A DNA stretch of 58,788 bases from Evtepia sp. (GTDB taxonomy: Bacteria > Bacillota > Clostridia > Oscillospirales > Oscillospiraceae). The DNA lies in the NCBI GenBank assembly GCA_020025735.1, contig JAHHRP010000001.1, forward strand, positions 1-58,788, given 5' to 3'. The translations under genes were made by a program, and so were the position numbers. Shown here piece after piece: positions 58,161 to 58,788 of the stretch; the stretch's first letter is position 1; every line of letters begins with the position of its first letter. The notes under the pieces were generated by a model. That model made no database searches and was not told the origin of the DNA. It worked only from the letters and a program-made list of their open reading frames with translations.

Positions 58161-58372
58161 AGGGATAGCACAGAATTACTATGTCTCTTTTATGTTCATA
58201 AAGCAATCGGCAAATTATGCCATTGGTATATACTCATGGTAATACGAGTAAACAAGTTAAGTTTACCTTTAATGGTTCCTCTCCTCTTCTTGAACGTCAT
58301 ATTAAGCCTGTATTTACACGATTTGGACGATATCCTCCAATATAAAAACATAAAAACAGGAGTACGGTATCC

Positions 58373-58788
58373 ATGAAAAATCTTTTAAATTTGATTTTCT
58401 CCTGCGTTCTAATGTTCGCTTTATTTTCCTTTCCTTGCCATGCTGCAGCGACCTTATATCAAGGCTATAGTGAACCAATCTCCTTCAATGGCATAGAGAA
58501 AAACATCGGCATTCGCATCAAGGACGGAAAAGGTGCGGATGGAAAAGACAATATTGCTTATTGTTATGATCTAAAAAAAGATCCTCCCACAGAAGAAAAC
58601 GCAACTCATATCGGTGAAGATGATCGGTGTTTCTATTCGCGCATAGAAAATTATTTGGAGGCAAATGATCCCTATATAACTGTGTACGGTGAACAGAAAA
58701 AACAAAAAATTGCTCTTTCTTTATACGTTGGCTATCCCAACGATGCTTATGGTGACTATGCAAACAATTTTCAAGATCGCATCACATC
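58373..58788 (+). CDS. Secreted thioester-domain (TED) surface protein, 5' part only (runs off the window)
   Basis: Manual translation MKNLLNLIFSCVLMFALFSFPCHAA...IAYCYDLKKDPP...LYVGYPNDAYG; AGGAG RBS; open to the window end. Confidence 0.75.
   Translation, partial: MKNLLNLIFSCVLMFALFSFPCHAAATLYQGYSEPISFNGIEKNIGIRIKDGKGADGKDNIAYCYDLKKDPPTEENATHIGEDDRCFYSRIENYLEANDPYITVYGEQKKQKIALSLYVGYPNDAYGDYANNFQDRIT

Noticed and set aside
1..58788. CRISPR arrays, tRNA/rRNA genes, IS elements, reverse transcriptases
   Set aside because: No repeat-spacer periodicity, RNA-gene signatures, or transposase/RT motifs found by inspection

Overview
A 58.8-kb chromosomal segment from a spore-forming anaerobic Firmicute; gene content and protein style suggest Clostridia, probably Oscillospiraceae (inference). 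Most of it is core genome: nrdD, rny-ymdB-yhaO/yhaN-like-lepB-yabO, marR-MATE, punA-mtaD-yabM-mazG-hup, gdpP-rplI-dnaB-tilS-hpt-ftsH, yihY, spoIIP, secA-pgeF-M23 peptidase and rlmD. The standout feature is a ~12.8-kb, single-strand, apparently intact 19-gene phage-virion cluster (12409-25244, minus strand). It encodes terminase, portal, protease/scaffold, capsid, neck, a contractile tail with a very short putative tape measure, and a baseplate. It has no integrase, repressor, replication, lysis or tail-fibre gene and no evident att sites, and it sits between nrdD and sporulation-promoter genes. This is the architecture of a domesticated gene-transfer-agent (GTA)-like particle with a short contractile tail. 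Other points of interest: a compact two-subunit Stn/Nfn-Bfu-like electron-bifurcating transhydrogenase; a mosaic S-layer gene preceded by a perfect 46-bp palindrome and three 11-bp direct repeats; a clear MarR operator pair; and an AT-rich island starting right after rlmD that encodes a thioester-domain adhesin missing from the ORF track. No rRNA, tRNA or CRISPR array was seen. All product calls come from motif recognition and gene order, without database searches.
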